A stretch of DNA of 64,000 nt. Source: Bacteroidales bacterium. GTDB taxonomy: Bacteria; Bacteroidota; Bacteroidia; Bacteroidales; G3-4614. The notes below the pieces were generated by a model, which was not told the DNA's origin, searched no databases, and worked only from the letters and a program-made list of their open reading frames with translations. Positions 39,235 through 49,783 of this stretch are shown in pieces. The position numbers and the translations under genes were made by a program. The stretch lies in NCBI GenBank assembly GCA_036656055.1, contig JAVVOY010000005.1:6610-70609 (forward strand). Reading direction: 5' to 3'. How positions within the stretch are numbered: position 1 is the first letter of the stretch; every line of letters starts with the position of its first letter.

Positions 39235-39741
39235 ATGAAACCTATTGTAAGCATTATCATGGGAAGCACATCAGACCTCCCTATCATGGAAAAAGCAGCA
39301 AAACTGCTAAATGATTTCGAAATACCATTTGAAATGAACGCCCTATCAGCACACCGTACCCCGTCAGAAGTAGAAGAGTTTGCAAAAAAAGCCGAGTCAC
39401 GTGGCATTAAGGTAATAATTGCCGCCGCAGGCATGGCAGCACACCTTCCGGGAGTTATCGCCTCAATGACAACCCTACCGGTAATAGGCGTACCTATAAA
39501 CTCCACATTAGACGGAATGGATGCACTTCTCGCAATCGTACAGATGCCTCCTGGAATACCCGTTGCCACAGTAGGAATAAACGGCTCCCTAAACGCAGCA
39601 ATCCTTGCAGTACAGATAATCTCCCAAACAAACACAACAGTAGCAGAACACTTTAAACGCTACAAAACCTCACTTGCACAGAAAATTGTCGCCGCAAATC
39701 AAGAACTCTCAGAGTTTAAGTTGCCGTTCAAAACCAACTAA
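39235..39741 (+). CDS. purE: N5-CAIR mutase
   Basis: MGSTSD, SAHRTP, AGMAAHLPG and QMPPGIPVATV motifs. Confidence 0.97.
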   Translation: MKPIVSIIMGSTSDLPIMEKAAKLLNDFEIPFEMNALSAHRTPSEVEEFAKKAESRGIKVIIAAAGMAAHLPGVIASMTTLPVIGVPINSTLDGMDALLAIVQMPPGIPVATVGINGSLNAAILAVQIISQTNTTVAEHFKRYKTSLAQKIVAANQELSEFKLPFKTN

Positions 39742-39751
39742 CCATCTTAAA

Positions 39752-41587
39752 ATGGACATATTCAATTACATCCGCCGTCCAAGCAGAGCAGTAAATATAG
39801 GCGAAGTACCTTTAGGTGCAGACTTCCCAATCAGAGTACAATCAATGACCGACACCTCTACACGCGACATCAGTTCAAGCGTGCAGCAGATACTGAAAAT
39901 ATCCATCGCCGGAGCAGACTACGTACGCCTTACTACCCAAGGAATAATAGAAGTAGACGCACTCAAAGAGATCCGCTCCATACTCAGAGAAAAAGGGAAT
40001 AAAACCCCATTAATAGCCGATATCCATTTCAACCCTAACGTAGCCGATGCCGCTGCAAAAATAACGGATAAAATAAGAATAAATCCCGGGAACTTCATCG
40101 ACAACGCACGAATATTTAAGCATATCCACTACGATGACAAAACCTATCAAGAAGAGATAGACAAACTGCGCGCACGCTTCATAAAACTTTTAGACATCTG
40201 CAAAGCCAACAAGACAGCACTAAGAATAGGAGTAAATCACGGTTCCCTCTCTGACCGCATAATGAGCCGCTACGGCGATACCCCCGAAGGCATAGTGGAA
40301 TCATGTATGGAGTTTCTGAGAATATGCAAAGAAGAAAATTTCAACAACACAGTCATCTCCATAAAAGCATCCAACACCTTCATAATGGTAAAATCCGTAA
40401 GACTACTCACCAAGGCGATGGAACACGAAGATATTAACTATCCATTACATCTTGGCGTAACAGAAGCCGGAGAAGGAGAAGACGGACGCATAAAATCAGC
40501 AGTAGGAATAGGGGCACTGCTCGCCGATGGCATTGGTGACACAATAAGAGTCTCACTCAGCGAACCACCGGAAAACGAAATTCCCGTTGCAATAAAATTA
40601 GCCAATTACATTGCCTCGCGCACAAACCACCCACATATTGACGCCAACCCTTACGCAGGATACACACACACGGCAATGGAACGGTATAAAACAAAAGCCG
40701 TAGACAATATCGGCGGGAAAAATACCCCAGTTGTGATATACGATGCCTCATACAATAAAAACCACCACTTTAACGATCTCCATCCAGACTACATATATGC
40801 CGGGAAAGAGATAAAAACAGACGTTCCTAACGAAATCCGTCAAATAGTAGATTATCATAAATTTAAGACTTACGAAAATTCCTTCCCGCTATTTACCATT
40901 GCAGACATAGAAAACGTCGCCGGCAGCAGCGCCACAATAAAATTCCTGAAAGTAGAATACACCTCTCTCAGCGAAGCAATTATAGAAACAATCTCCACAC
41001 TCAAAGAGACAGTAATAGTCGCCACATCATCACATAAAAACTCCACCGGAGAGATACGCGCCATCATACACACGCTTATTAAGGCAGGAATAAAACACCC
41101 CATCGTCCTTATGCAGCAATACAAAGAAGATGACAAAGAAGAGTTACAGATAAAGAGCGGAGCAGATTTCGGGACAATCCTTTTAGACGGTTTCGGAGAC
41201 GGAATATTAATAAGCAACCAAGGCAATATACCGGCACAGGAGATAACCGACACAGCATTCTCCATATTACAGGCCACACGCCTAAGAATCACCAAAACAG
41301 AATACATATCATGCCCAGGATGCGGACGGACACAATTCGACCTACAAAAGACCATCGCCGAAATAAAAGCTGCAACCACGCATCTCATAGGACTTAAAAT
41401 AGGCATTATGGGGTGTATCGTAAACGGTCCGGGAGAGATGGCAGATGCCGATTACGGATACGTAGGAGCAGCGCGCGGACGCATCAGTTTATATAAAGGA
41501 AAAGAGTGCATCGAAAAAAATATTCCCGAAGCAGAAGCCGTAAAACGCCTACTTCAATTTATCGAAAAAGAGATAAAAAAACAATGA
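39752..41587 (+). CDS. ispG: HMBPP synthase, long form
   Basis: RVQSM, ADIHF, RINPGN, GVNHGS, SCPGCGR and MGCIVNGPGE motifs; start MDIFNY at 39752. Confidence 0.96.
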   Translation: MDIFNYIRRPSRAVNIGEVPLGADFPIRVQSMTDTSTRDISSSVQQILKISIAGADYVRLTTQGIIEVDALKEIRSILREKGNKTPLIADIHFNPNVADAAAKITDKIRINPGNFIDNARIFKHIHYDDKTYQEEIDKLRARFIKLLDICKANKTALRIGVNHGSLSDRIMSRYGDTPEGIVESCMEFLRICKEENFNNTVISIKASNTFIMVKSVRLLTKAMEHEDINYPLHLGVTEAGEGEDGRIKSAVGIGALLADGIGDTIRVSLSEPPENEIPVAIKLANYIASRTNHPHIDANPYAGYTHTAMERYKTKAVDNIGGKNTPVVIYDASYNKNHHFNDLHPDYIYAGKEIKTDVPNEIRQIVDYHKFKTYENSFPLFTIADIENVAGSSATIKFLKVEYTSLSEAIIETISTLKETVIVATSSHKNSTGEIRAIIHTLIKAGIKHPIVLMQQYKEDDKEELQIKSGADFGTILLDGFGDGILISNQGNIPAQEITDTAFSILQATRLRITKTEYISCPGCGRTQFDLQKTIAEIKAATTHLIGLKIGIMGCIVNGPGEMADADYGYVGAARGRISLYKGKECIEKNIPEAEAVKRLLQFIEKEIKKQ

Positions 41588-42432
41588 AACATATCATCAG
41601 TACCATATTAATATTTCTAACCATTTCCACCCCAAGTATAGCAATAGAAAAAGAGATTATAAGCGGTATCTCCGATAAGTCCCTAAGCGAAACATTGCTC
41701 GAAAAGCATTCACAAGATACAACAGCAATAGGAGACCGCATAATTACAATAGCAACAGAGTTTATCAACACCCCGTACAAAAGCAAAACCATCGAAAACG
41801 GACAAAAAGAGAAACTCACAATTAATCTGCAAACTTTCGACTGCACCACATTCGTAGAGACCATCCTCGCTCTTGCACGGACCTCCATACAAAAAGGGAA
41901 AACATTCGATACATTTGTCGAAAATCTTAAAATGATACGCTACCGTAACGGACAAATATCAGGATACACCTCCCGTTTACACTATTTTTGCGATTGGATA
42001 AACGAAAACTCGGTAAACCGGATTATTTCCATAATAACACCGGAAAACTCATGCCGATGCGAAGTCAAAACAATAAACTTTATGACTACACACGCCTCCC
42101 TCTATCCACAACTTAAAGAGAAGAAGACAAAAAAAATAATTGCAAAACAGGAAAAAAAGCTAAGCACAGAAACCATCTGCTTTATCCCCAAAGACAGTAT
42201 TTCCAACCTTAAACCAGAAGACATTCACAACGGAGACATAATAGCCATACTAACAGATATAAAAGGACTTGACTTTGCACATGTTGGCTTTGCCATCATC
42301 ATAAACGGAAAAGTACATCTGTTACACGCCTCATCATCAGCCAAAAAAGTAATAATCGATGACCGCACCATATCTGATTACCTCAACAGCTACAAATCCC
42401 ACCTCGGAATCTGCATACTTCGCCCACAATAA
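41584..42432 (+). CDS. DUF1460 NlpC/P60-like peptidoglycan amidase
   Basis: Signal peptide; FDCTTFVE (Cys), RLHYF, HVG and HASS motifs; ATGA overlap with ispG. Confidence 0.85.
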   Translation: MKHIISTILIFLTISTPSIAIEKEIISGISDKSLSETLLEKHSQDTTAIGDRIITIATEFINTPYKSKTIENGQKEKLTINLQTFDCTTFVETILALARTSIQKGKTFDTFVENLKMIRYRNGQISGYTSRLHYFCDWINENSVNRIISIITPENSCRCEVKTINFMTTHASLYPQLKEKKTKKIIAKQEKKLSTETICFIPKDSISNLKPEDIHNGDIIAILTDIKGLDFAHVGFAIIINGKVHLLHASSSAKKVIIDDRTISDYLNSYKSHLGICILRPQ

Positions 42433-42655
42433 CAATCCTCATCGCCTTAAGTTTCAAGAGATAATATCAAAAAAATTACCGACAGATTAACTATTCACAA
42501 CTTCATAATGGGGAATTCTGTATTTAGTTAAATTGAAAAATTTTAGTCTAACATCCATTTATATATCTATTTTTTACAAGCATCACTTTATTATTAAAGA
42601 GACAAACATATAAATGAAGGTTGTATAGGTTGCAGAATATTTATTAAAAACAATA

Positions 42656-42683
42656 AGGGTATGTTCAAAAAATGACATACCCT
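42656..42683 (-). terminator. Probable eno terminator
   Basis: AGGGTATGT / ACATACCCT stem about 30 nt after the eno stop, followed by a T-rich run on the minus strand. Confidence 0.6.
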
Positions 42684-42714
42684 CAAATACAAATAATCAC
42701 TTAGCAAATACAAT

Positions 42715-44031
<1,317 letters not shown>

Positions 44032-44165
44032 TTATGCCATATAAAACCATATCAAAAGCATATTGGTTCAATCATCAATGCTTCAAAAGCATATTTAACC
44101 AACATAAAAATACACATAAAATCAATGAAATCACTAAAAACAAAAGATTAAAAGACAAAAGAACA

Positions 44166-45116
44166 TCAAAATTGGATCAGCATTGCCCCCGAAGAGTATC
44201 CGCCACCAAAAACAGTAAGCCCTACAAGTTCACCACCCTTTATCTTATCTGAATTTTGCGAAAGTGCCAGCATGGCACTTGCCGAACCCGTATTGCCCAG
44301 TTCATGTATATTATTAAAAAACTTAGACTCTGGGAGATGCCAATGCTCCGCTATATTTGCCACTATACGCATATTAGCCTGATGACAAGCAAAATGCGAG
44401 ACCTCCTCAATTCGTCGTCCATTACGCTGCAACAGCTCCTCCATCGATGAAGACATATACAAACAGGCATAATGAAAAACGTCCCGTCCGCTGTTCATTG
44501 CAATTCCGCCATTACTTGGGTGTAAACATACTCCATCAGGTCCTTTACCTATATACGCCAACCCCTTAGTTATTATATCCAGTACCTGTGGCTGATTCTC
44601 CTCAGTTTTCTCTTTCGATACAAATACTGCCACCGCTCCGTCTCCCCATAAATGACCACTCTTTGGATTAGAATAATCATTATAAACCGAATTAGCCTCA
44701 GAACATATAATCAATGCCTTTTGCGATTTACAAGTCGCAAAATATCCCTCAGCAATCTCAATCGCATTAACAAACGAAGAGCAAGCAGAAGTAACAGCAA
44801 GTACCTGTGCATTCATTATATTAAATTCACGTTGAACACGGTGAGCCAACGTCCCAACAGTATCCGTTATAGTATAGCCTGCCGAAATTATAAGATCAAC
44901 ATCGCCAATAGCGTATGCGAGTCCCTCCATCGCAACCTCAACAGCCTTTATTCCCATTGACATAACGTCCTCATTATCCCCGATCTTAGATCTAGTACGA
45001 ATTCCTGTTCTCTGAATTATCCAATCATCATCCAATCCGTTTAGCTGCTTAAAATACTCATTATTTACCCTCCCATCAGGAATATAATGCCCAAATGCGT
45101 TAATATACATTTTCAT
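44166..45116 (-). CDS. 3-oxoacyl-ACP synthase III (FabH-like) family protein
   Basis: WIIQRTGI, SACSS (Cys), HQAN (His), GNTGSAS (Asn) and FGGG motifs; start 45116 or 45110. Confidence 0.9.
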   Translation of the reverse strand: MKMYINAFGHYIPDGRVNNEYFKQLNGLDDDWIIQRTGIRTRSKIGDNEDVMSMGIKAVEVAMEGLAYAIGDVDLIISAGYTITDTVGTLAHRVQREFNIMNAQVLAVTSACSSFVNAIEIAEGYFATCKSQKALIICSEANSVYNDYSNPKSGHLWGDGAVAVFVSKEKTEENQPQVLDIITKGLAYIGKGPDGVCLHPSNGGIAMNSGRDVFHYACLYMSSSMEELLQRNGRRIEEVSHFACHQANMRIVANIAEHWHLPESKFFNNIHELGNTGSASAMLALSQNSDKIKGGELVGLTVFGGGYSSGAMLIQF

Positions 45117-45117
45117 C

Positions 45118-45687
45118 TCACCTTTTAGCAATACCAAATAAATACACCTCCGAAAGTTGCCTCATCATAGCCAGCGTATCAGGAAATTTAGCCTTAAAAT
45201 TCTCATCTCTGCAAATATCAAGTATCTTATTATGCATCTCAACAATTACCTCGATACATATATCATTACGTATCTCCCCAGCCTTTTGTGCTTTATTATA
45301 ATGATTTATTATCAACTTTCTTCTTTCATTAAGCCTCTTTTCAAAAATATGTTTAACAGAACTCATTTTCAACGATAGCATATCATCCATAATAGCCATT
45401 CTCTGACTCATAAACTCTATCTTCATATCAAGCATCCTAAACATCTTTTCGGCAAACGGAACATGACTGTCCATTACAGCAATATATTGCCCCGTATTAT
45501 GCAACATAACACCATTTAAAGTTTCAATCACTATATCCTCCTTATTATTATAATAATCATAATAAGTTTTACGGCAAATACCAGCCTTGCGACAAATATC
45601 CCCTATCGTAATCCTACGTATACCATGCTTAATAAAAAGCTCGATAGCCGCAGTCCCGATTGAATGCTTCGTATCAATTTTCGACAT
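45118..45687 (-). CDS. TetR/AcrR family transcriptional regulator
   Basis: N-terminal HTH LFIKHGIRRITIGDICRKAGICRKTYYDYYNNKEDI. Confidence 0.9.
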   Translation of the reverse strand: MSKIDTKHSIGTAAIELFIKHGIRRITIGDICRKAGICRKTYYDYYNNKEDIVIETLNGVMLHNTGQYIAVMDSHVPFAEKMFRMLDMKIEFMSQRMAIMDDMLSLKMSSVKHIFEKRLNERRKLIINHYNKAQKAGEIRNDICIEVIVEMHNKILDICRDENFKAKFPDTLAMMRQLSEVYLFGIAKR

Positions 45688-45895
45688 CAATATTCTTTTT
45701 ATAAATAAAAAAATATATTATAGGAAGAATCCCTAATATACAGATAACAACAATCCATAAAAACCAGATAAAATGACCGACTCAAACATCCCTCCACAAA
45801 ACTACTAATTTCCAGAAAACATTCCGGAAAGCAAGCATTAAGACAGAAGTAACAATCCAAGAAGGAAGTTGTTGAAAAGCATAAACAATATTCAT
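45674..45895 (-). pseudogene. DUF5652-like small membrane protein with an in-frame TGA
   Basis: Hand translation MNIVYAFQQLPSWIVTSVLMLAFRNVFWKLVVLWRDV*VGHFIWFLWIVVICILGILPIIYFFIYKKNIDVEN; internal stop at 45784-45782. Confidence 0.7.
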
Positions 45896-45923
45896 CAATA
45901 CAATTATTGTTACATATTCAGCG

Positions 45924-45931
45924 CAAAGTTA
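45924..45931 (-). promoter_or_regulatory. -7 promoter box TAACTTTG for the DUF5652-tetR-fabH unit
   Basis: Exact TAnnTTTG followed by C, 28 nt upstream of the ATG at 45895. Confidence 0.6.
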
Positions 45932-46099
45932 CAAATAATGTTTACATAAGATATTACGTTACATTTTTTTAGGTAAATACAAACCTTATAATTAATATTC
46001 AGTAAAAAACATGAAACAAAAAAATCAATCTCATTTACGCAGTAGAAGACAAAATTCCCAAATAGCAAAATATAGCATTAACTACTTTACACGGTCAAC

Positions 46100-46240
46100 A
46101 AATAAAAAACCTGTCTAAATTTTGACCATGGAAAAATATTAGGAGGAGATTTGCCACCAATACTTTATTAACCATGAAATTTAAACAGGCTTATGAAAAC
46201 GGCAGTGTAAGTCTCCAAACATTACCCATTGCCCTCCAGC
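46100..46240 (-). ncRNA. Candidate orphan sRNA of about 140 nt
   Basis: Follows TATCTTTG (46244-46251); 5' hairpin, then a long imperfect hairpin (46110-46189) with G.U pairs valid only on the minus strand, ending in a U tract. Confidence 0.5.
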
Positions 46241-46295
46241 GCACAAAGATAATTACTATATATGCCAAAAAAAAGCGCATACAAAAAATACACAT

Positions 46296-46330
46296 AAAAA
46301 AAGCCACCCTTTAAAAAGGTGGCTTTTTTT
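46296..46330 (-). terminator. Terminator of the alpha operon, after rplQ
   Basis: AAAAAAAGCCACC / GGTGGCTTTTTTT inverted repeat 18 nt past the rplQ stop. Confidence 0.88.
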
Positions 46331-46348
46331 TATCATTATATCAATTAT

Positions 46349-46876
46349 TTACTCAGCCGTAGGCTTCTCCACATCAGTAACAGGAGCCTCAGCAAGAGGT
46401 TCAGAAACTACCGCAGCTTCTTCCTTTACAGATTCAGCAACCTTTACAGGCTCTCCGGCTTTCTTCGATCGACGCGTACGAGCAGCTTTCTTAGTAGTCT
46501 TCTCAGTGAGCATATTCTCATTGTAATCCACTAATTCAATAAAACAGGTACTGGCACCATCTCCAAGACGGGTTCCGGTTTTAAGAATACGAGTATAACC
46601 TCCATTACGTTCAGTTATTTTTTGCGAAATCTCCTTAAATAGCTCCGTTACAGCCTTTTTATCCTGCAAGTAACTAAATACAATACGACGCGATGCCGTA
46701 GTATCTTCTTTACCTCTATTTATAATCGGCTCAGCATAAATTCTAAGCGCTTTCGCTTTTGCCAAAGTCGTAAATATACGCTTATGCATGATTAAAGAAC
46801 AAGTCATATTAGACAACATAGCGCCTCTATGTGAGCTTGTCCTTCCTAAATGGTTAAATTTCTTATTATGTCTCAT
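46349..46876 (-). CDS. rplQ: 50S ribosomal protein L17 with low-complexity C-terminal tail
   Basis: [13 protein letters not shown] and RNGGYTRI motifs. Confidence 0.97.
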   Translation of the reverse strand: MRHNKKFNHLGRTSSHRGAMLSNMTCSLIMHKRIFTTLAKAKALRIYAEPIINRGKEDTTASRRIVFSYLQDKKAVTELFKEISQKITERNGGYTRILKTGTRLGDGASTCFIELVDYNENMLTEKTTKKAARTRRSKKAGEPVKVAESVKEEAAVVSEPLAEAPVTDVEKPTAE

Positions 46877-46881
46877 CGTTG

Positions 46882-47871
46882 TTAATCTTTATCTAATTTA
46901 TACTTGGATATATCCATCCCGAAAGATAAATTCAATCCACCCAACAGATCATCCAGCTCATTAAGTGACTTTTTGCCAAAGTTACGGAACTTCAAAAGAT
47001 CATTCTTATTGAATATTACGAGCTCAGCGAGTGTCTCTACATCTGCTGATTTCAGGCAATTTAGCGCACGAACCGACAAATCCATATCGGTAAGTTTGCT
47101 TTTCAACAATTGACGCATATGAAGCACCTCCTCATCAAACTCATCACCTCCATCAGTATCCGCCAACTCCAAAGTTATTTTCTCATCAGAGAATAGCATG
47201 AAGTGGTGAATAAGTATCTTTGCAGCCTCTTTCAAAGCCTCCTTTGGATGAATAGAACCGTCAGTAGATATCTCAATAGTCAATTTTTCGTAGTCAGTCT
47301 TCTGCTCAACACGATATTGGTCTACCGAATATTTAACGTTCCTTATCGGAGTATAAATAGCATCAATAGGGATAACATCTAACGTATCTGAAGGAGAAGC
47401 ATTCTCATCAGCAGGCACATAACCTCTTCCCTTATTAATACAAATATCAATATTGAACTTTGCACTTTGGTCCATATGACAGATAACTAAATCAGGGTTC
47501 TGTACCTCAAATCCTGAAAGAGCTTTACTTATATCCCCCGCCTTAAACTCACCACCAGAGCATGTAATTGTAACTTTTTCGGTCTCCACATCCTCAACAG
47601 TCTGTTTAAACCTTACTTTCTTAAGATTCAGAATAATGTTTGTAACATCCTCCAAAACTCCCGGAATAGTAGCGAATTCATGCTCCACACCATCAATGCG
47701 GATAGACGCTATCGCAAACCCCTCCAAAGAAGAGAGCAGAATACGGCGCAACGCATTACCTACGGTAACACCATAGCCAGGCTCCAACGGACGGAATTCA
47801 AACTTGCCAAAGAACGAAGTTGCCTCCAGCATTAAGACTTTTTCGGGTTTCTGAAATGCTAATATCGCCAT
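46882..47871 (-). CDS. rpoA: RNA polymerase alpha subunit
   Basis: [30 protein letters not shown] and NFGKKS motifs. Confidence 0.98.
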   Translation of the reverse strand: MAILAFQKPEKVLMLEATSFFGKFEFRPLEPGYGVTVGNALRRILLSSLEGFAIASIRIDGVEHEFATIPGVLEDVTNIILNLKKVRFKQTVEDVETEKVTITCSGGEFKAGDISKALSGFEVQNPDLVICHMDQSAKFNIDICINKGRGYVPADENASPSDTLDVIPIDAIYTPIRNVKYSVDQYRVEQKTDYEKLTIEISTDGSIHPKEALKEAAKILIHHFMLFSDEKITLELADTDGGDEFDEEVLHMRQLLKSKLTDMDLSVRALNCLKSADVETLAELVIFNKNDLLKFRNFGKKSLNELDDLLGGLNLSFGMDISKYKLDKD

Positions 47872-47879
47872 AATTCTAA

Positions 47880-48488
47880 TTATTGTTTAGAGTACAACTC
47901 TACGATTAACTGTTCTTTGATATTCTCTGGTATATCCACCCTCTCAGGGATATGCAACAGCTTACCGCTCTTTGAAGCTTCGTCCCACTCTATCCAAGGA
48001 TATTTACTATGGTTAAACCCAGCAAGAGCGTTTGTAATATTCTCAAGAGATCTTGATTTCTCACGTATCGCTATCATCTGACCTGGTTTAACTAAATAAG
48101 AAGGAATATTCACAACCTTACCGTCAACTGTAATATGACGGTGCGAAACCAACTGACGAGCAGCAGAACGCGTAGGAGCTATTCCCAAACGAAATACTAC
48201 ATTGTCGAGACGCGATTCGAGAAACTGTAAAAGCACCTCGCCGGTAATACCTTTAGTGCGCGACGCTTTCTCAAACAAATTACGGAACTGACGCTCCAAC
48301 ACACCATAGGTGTATTTAGCTTTCTGTTTTTCCGCAAGCTGAGACCCATACTCTGAAGTCTTTCTTCTTTTATTCTGTCCATGTTGTCCGGGAGGATAAT
48401 TCTTCTTGGACAACACTTTGTCTGGGCCAAAAATAGCCTCGCCGAATTTGCGGGCAATTTTCGATTTAGGTCCGGTATATCTTGCCAT
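47880..48488 (-). CDS. rpsD: 30S ribosomal protein S4
   Basis: MARYTGP, LESRLDN and ARQLVSH motifs. Confidence 0.98.
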   Translation of the reverse strand: MARYTGPKSKIARKFGEAIFGPDKVLSKKNYPPGQHGQNKRRKTSEYGSQLAEKQKAKYTYGVLERQFRNLFEKASRTKGITGEVLLQFLESRLDNVVFRLGIAPTRSAARQLVSHRHITVDGKVVNIPSYLVKPGQMIAIREKSRSLENITNALAGFNHSKYPWIEWDEASKSGKLLHIPERVDIPENIKEQLIVELYSKQ

Positions 48489-48520
48489 TTCTAAATATTT
48501 TTATTTTGTTGATGTTTTTG

Positions 48521-48598
48521 AACCACTGTTTCGATGCAGCCGCGATTGCGAGAGGATGAATAAGCAATCTTATTTCATCTACTGACAGCAGTCCGGTT
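48521..48598 (-). promoter_or_regulatory. Structured rpsD leader (probably the S4-Bacteroidia r-leader class)
   Basis: 117-nt rpsK-rpsD spacer; AACC..ACTG / CAGT.GGTT outer stem with an inner GATGAAATAAG / CTTATTCATC hairpin. Confidence 0.55.
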
Positions 48599-48605
48599 AA
48601 TAAAA

Positions 48606-48995
48606 TTATACTCTCCTTCTTTTAGGTGGACGACAACCATTATGTGGTAACGGAGTAACGTCCACAATCTCGGTCACTTCAATTCCAGCACCATGGATTG
48701 TACGAATAGCAGACTCACGCCCGTTACCCGGTCCTTTTACATAAGCTTTTACTTTTCTCAATCCGAGATCATATGCAATCTTAGAGCAATCTTGCGATGC
48801 CATTTGAGCTGCGTACGGAGTATTCTTTTTAGAACCCCTAAAACCCATCTTACCTGCCGAAGACCAAGATATAACTTGACCATTTTCATTGGCGATGGAT
48901 ACAATGATGTTATTAAACGAAGAGTGAATGTGCACCTGTCCGACAGCACCTACATTTACTTTTCTCTTCTTTACTGCGACTGATTTTTTTGCCAT
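48606..48995 (-). CDS. rpsK: 30S ribosomal protein S11
   Basis: [18 protein letters not shown] and [13 protein letters not shown] motifs. Confidence 0.98.
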   Translation of the reverse strand: MAKKSVAVKKRKVNVGAVGQVHIHSSFNNIIVSIANENGQVISWSSAGKMGFRGSKKNTPYAAQMASQDCSKIAYDLGLRKVKAYVKGPGNGRESAIRTIHGAGIEVTEIVDVTPLPHNGCRPPKRRRV

Positions 48996-49004
48996 ACTTA
49001 CTTA

Positions 49005-49385
49005 TTATTTAGTAGCTTTTTTCTTATTTGCAACGGTCTTCTTCTTACCCTTACGCGTCCGAGCATTATTTTTAGTGCTTTGTCCACGTACTGGCAAACC
49101 GTTACGGTGACGAACTCCACGATAGCATCCAATATCCATCAAACGCTTGATATTAAGCTGCACTTCAGAGCGAAGATCACCCTCCACCTTAAACTCGGAG
49201 CCTATAACCTCACGGACCTTAGCGGCCTGATCGTCTGTCCAATCCTTTACTTTAATATTCTTGTCTATACCGGCTTTACTCAAAATGGTATTCGACGCGC
49301 TACGACCGATACCGTATATGTAGGTCAAAGCTATTTCACCTCTTTTATTCTGCGGCAGGTCTATACCGACAATTCTTATCGCCAT
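49005..49385 (-). CDS. rpsM: 30S ribosomal protein S13
   Basis: LTYIYGIG and [15 protein letters not shown] motifs. Confidence 0.98.
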   Translation of the reverse strand: MAIRIVGIDLPQNKRGEIALTYIYGIGRSASNTILSKAGIDKNIKVKDWTDDQAAKVREVIGSEFKVEGDLRSEVQLNIKRLMDIGCYRGVRHRNGLPVRGQSTKNNARTRKGKKKTVANKKKATK

Positions 49386-49405
49386 ATAATCGAAAAATTA
49401 TTTTG

Positions 49406-49413
49406 CAAAAATA
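49406..49413 (-). promoter_or_regulatory. Internal -7 promoter box TATTTTTG for the alpha operon
   Basis: Exact TAnnTTTG followed by CA in the rpmJ-rpsM spacer. Confidence 0.5.
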
Positions 49414-49420
49414 ATAAATA

Positions 49421-49537
49421 TTATCCTTGACGTTGTTTATACTTAGGGTTTTTCTTGTTTATAACATATAACCGGCCGTTGCGTCTAACGATTTTGCACT
49501 CCGGTGTGCGTTTTTTCAATGATGCTCTTACTTTCAT
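49421..49537 (-). CDS. rpmJ: 50S ribosomal protein L36, zinc-independent type (absent from the ORF track)
   Basis: Hand translation [38 protein letters not shown]. Confidence 0.97.
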   Translation of the reverse strand: MKVRASLKKRTPECKIVRRNGRLYVINKKNPKYKQRQG

Positions 49538-49549
49538 ATTATTTGTTTG

Positions 49550-49768
49550 TTATTTGTATCTAAAAGCTATTCGTCCTTTCGACAAATCGTAGGGAGACAT
49601 CTCTACACGAACCTTATCTCCCGGAAGAATCCTGATATAATGCATGCGCATCTTACCGGAGATATGTGCCGTTATTTCATGCCCGTTCTCCAATTCTACT
49701 CTAAACATTGCATTAGACAATGCTTCAATTATTGTTCCATCTTGCTCAATTGCGGACTGCTTCGCCAT
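49550..49768 (-). CDS. infA: Translation initiation factor IF-1
   Basis: AHISGKMR and [10 protein letters not shown] motifs. Confidence 0.98.
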   Translation of the reverse strand: MAKQSAIEQDGTIIEALSNAMFRVELENGHEITAHISGKMRMHYIRILPGDKVRVEMSPYDLSKGRIAFRYK

Positions 49769-49783
49769 AAATTATACCTTCAC

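Noticed and set aside
42433-42655. AT-rich spacer between DUF1460 and eno as a gene remnant or sRNA
   Set aside because: Only very short ORFs, with no promoter box or stable stem apart from the eno terminator.
45782-45784. Genome-wide TGA reassignment or selenocysteine
   Set aside because: TGA ends normal genes in this window (parA, ispG, btuF, tetR), and the position is not a Cys-equivalent site.
46201-46240. Fluoride or cobalamin riboswitch at the 5' end of the 46.1-kb RNA (starts GGCAAUG)
   Set aside because: The downstream fluoride pseudoknot motif and the B12 box are absent, and no crcB or btu gene follows.
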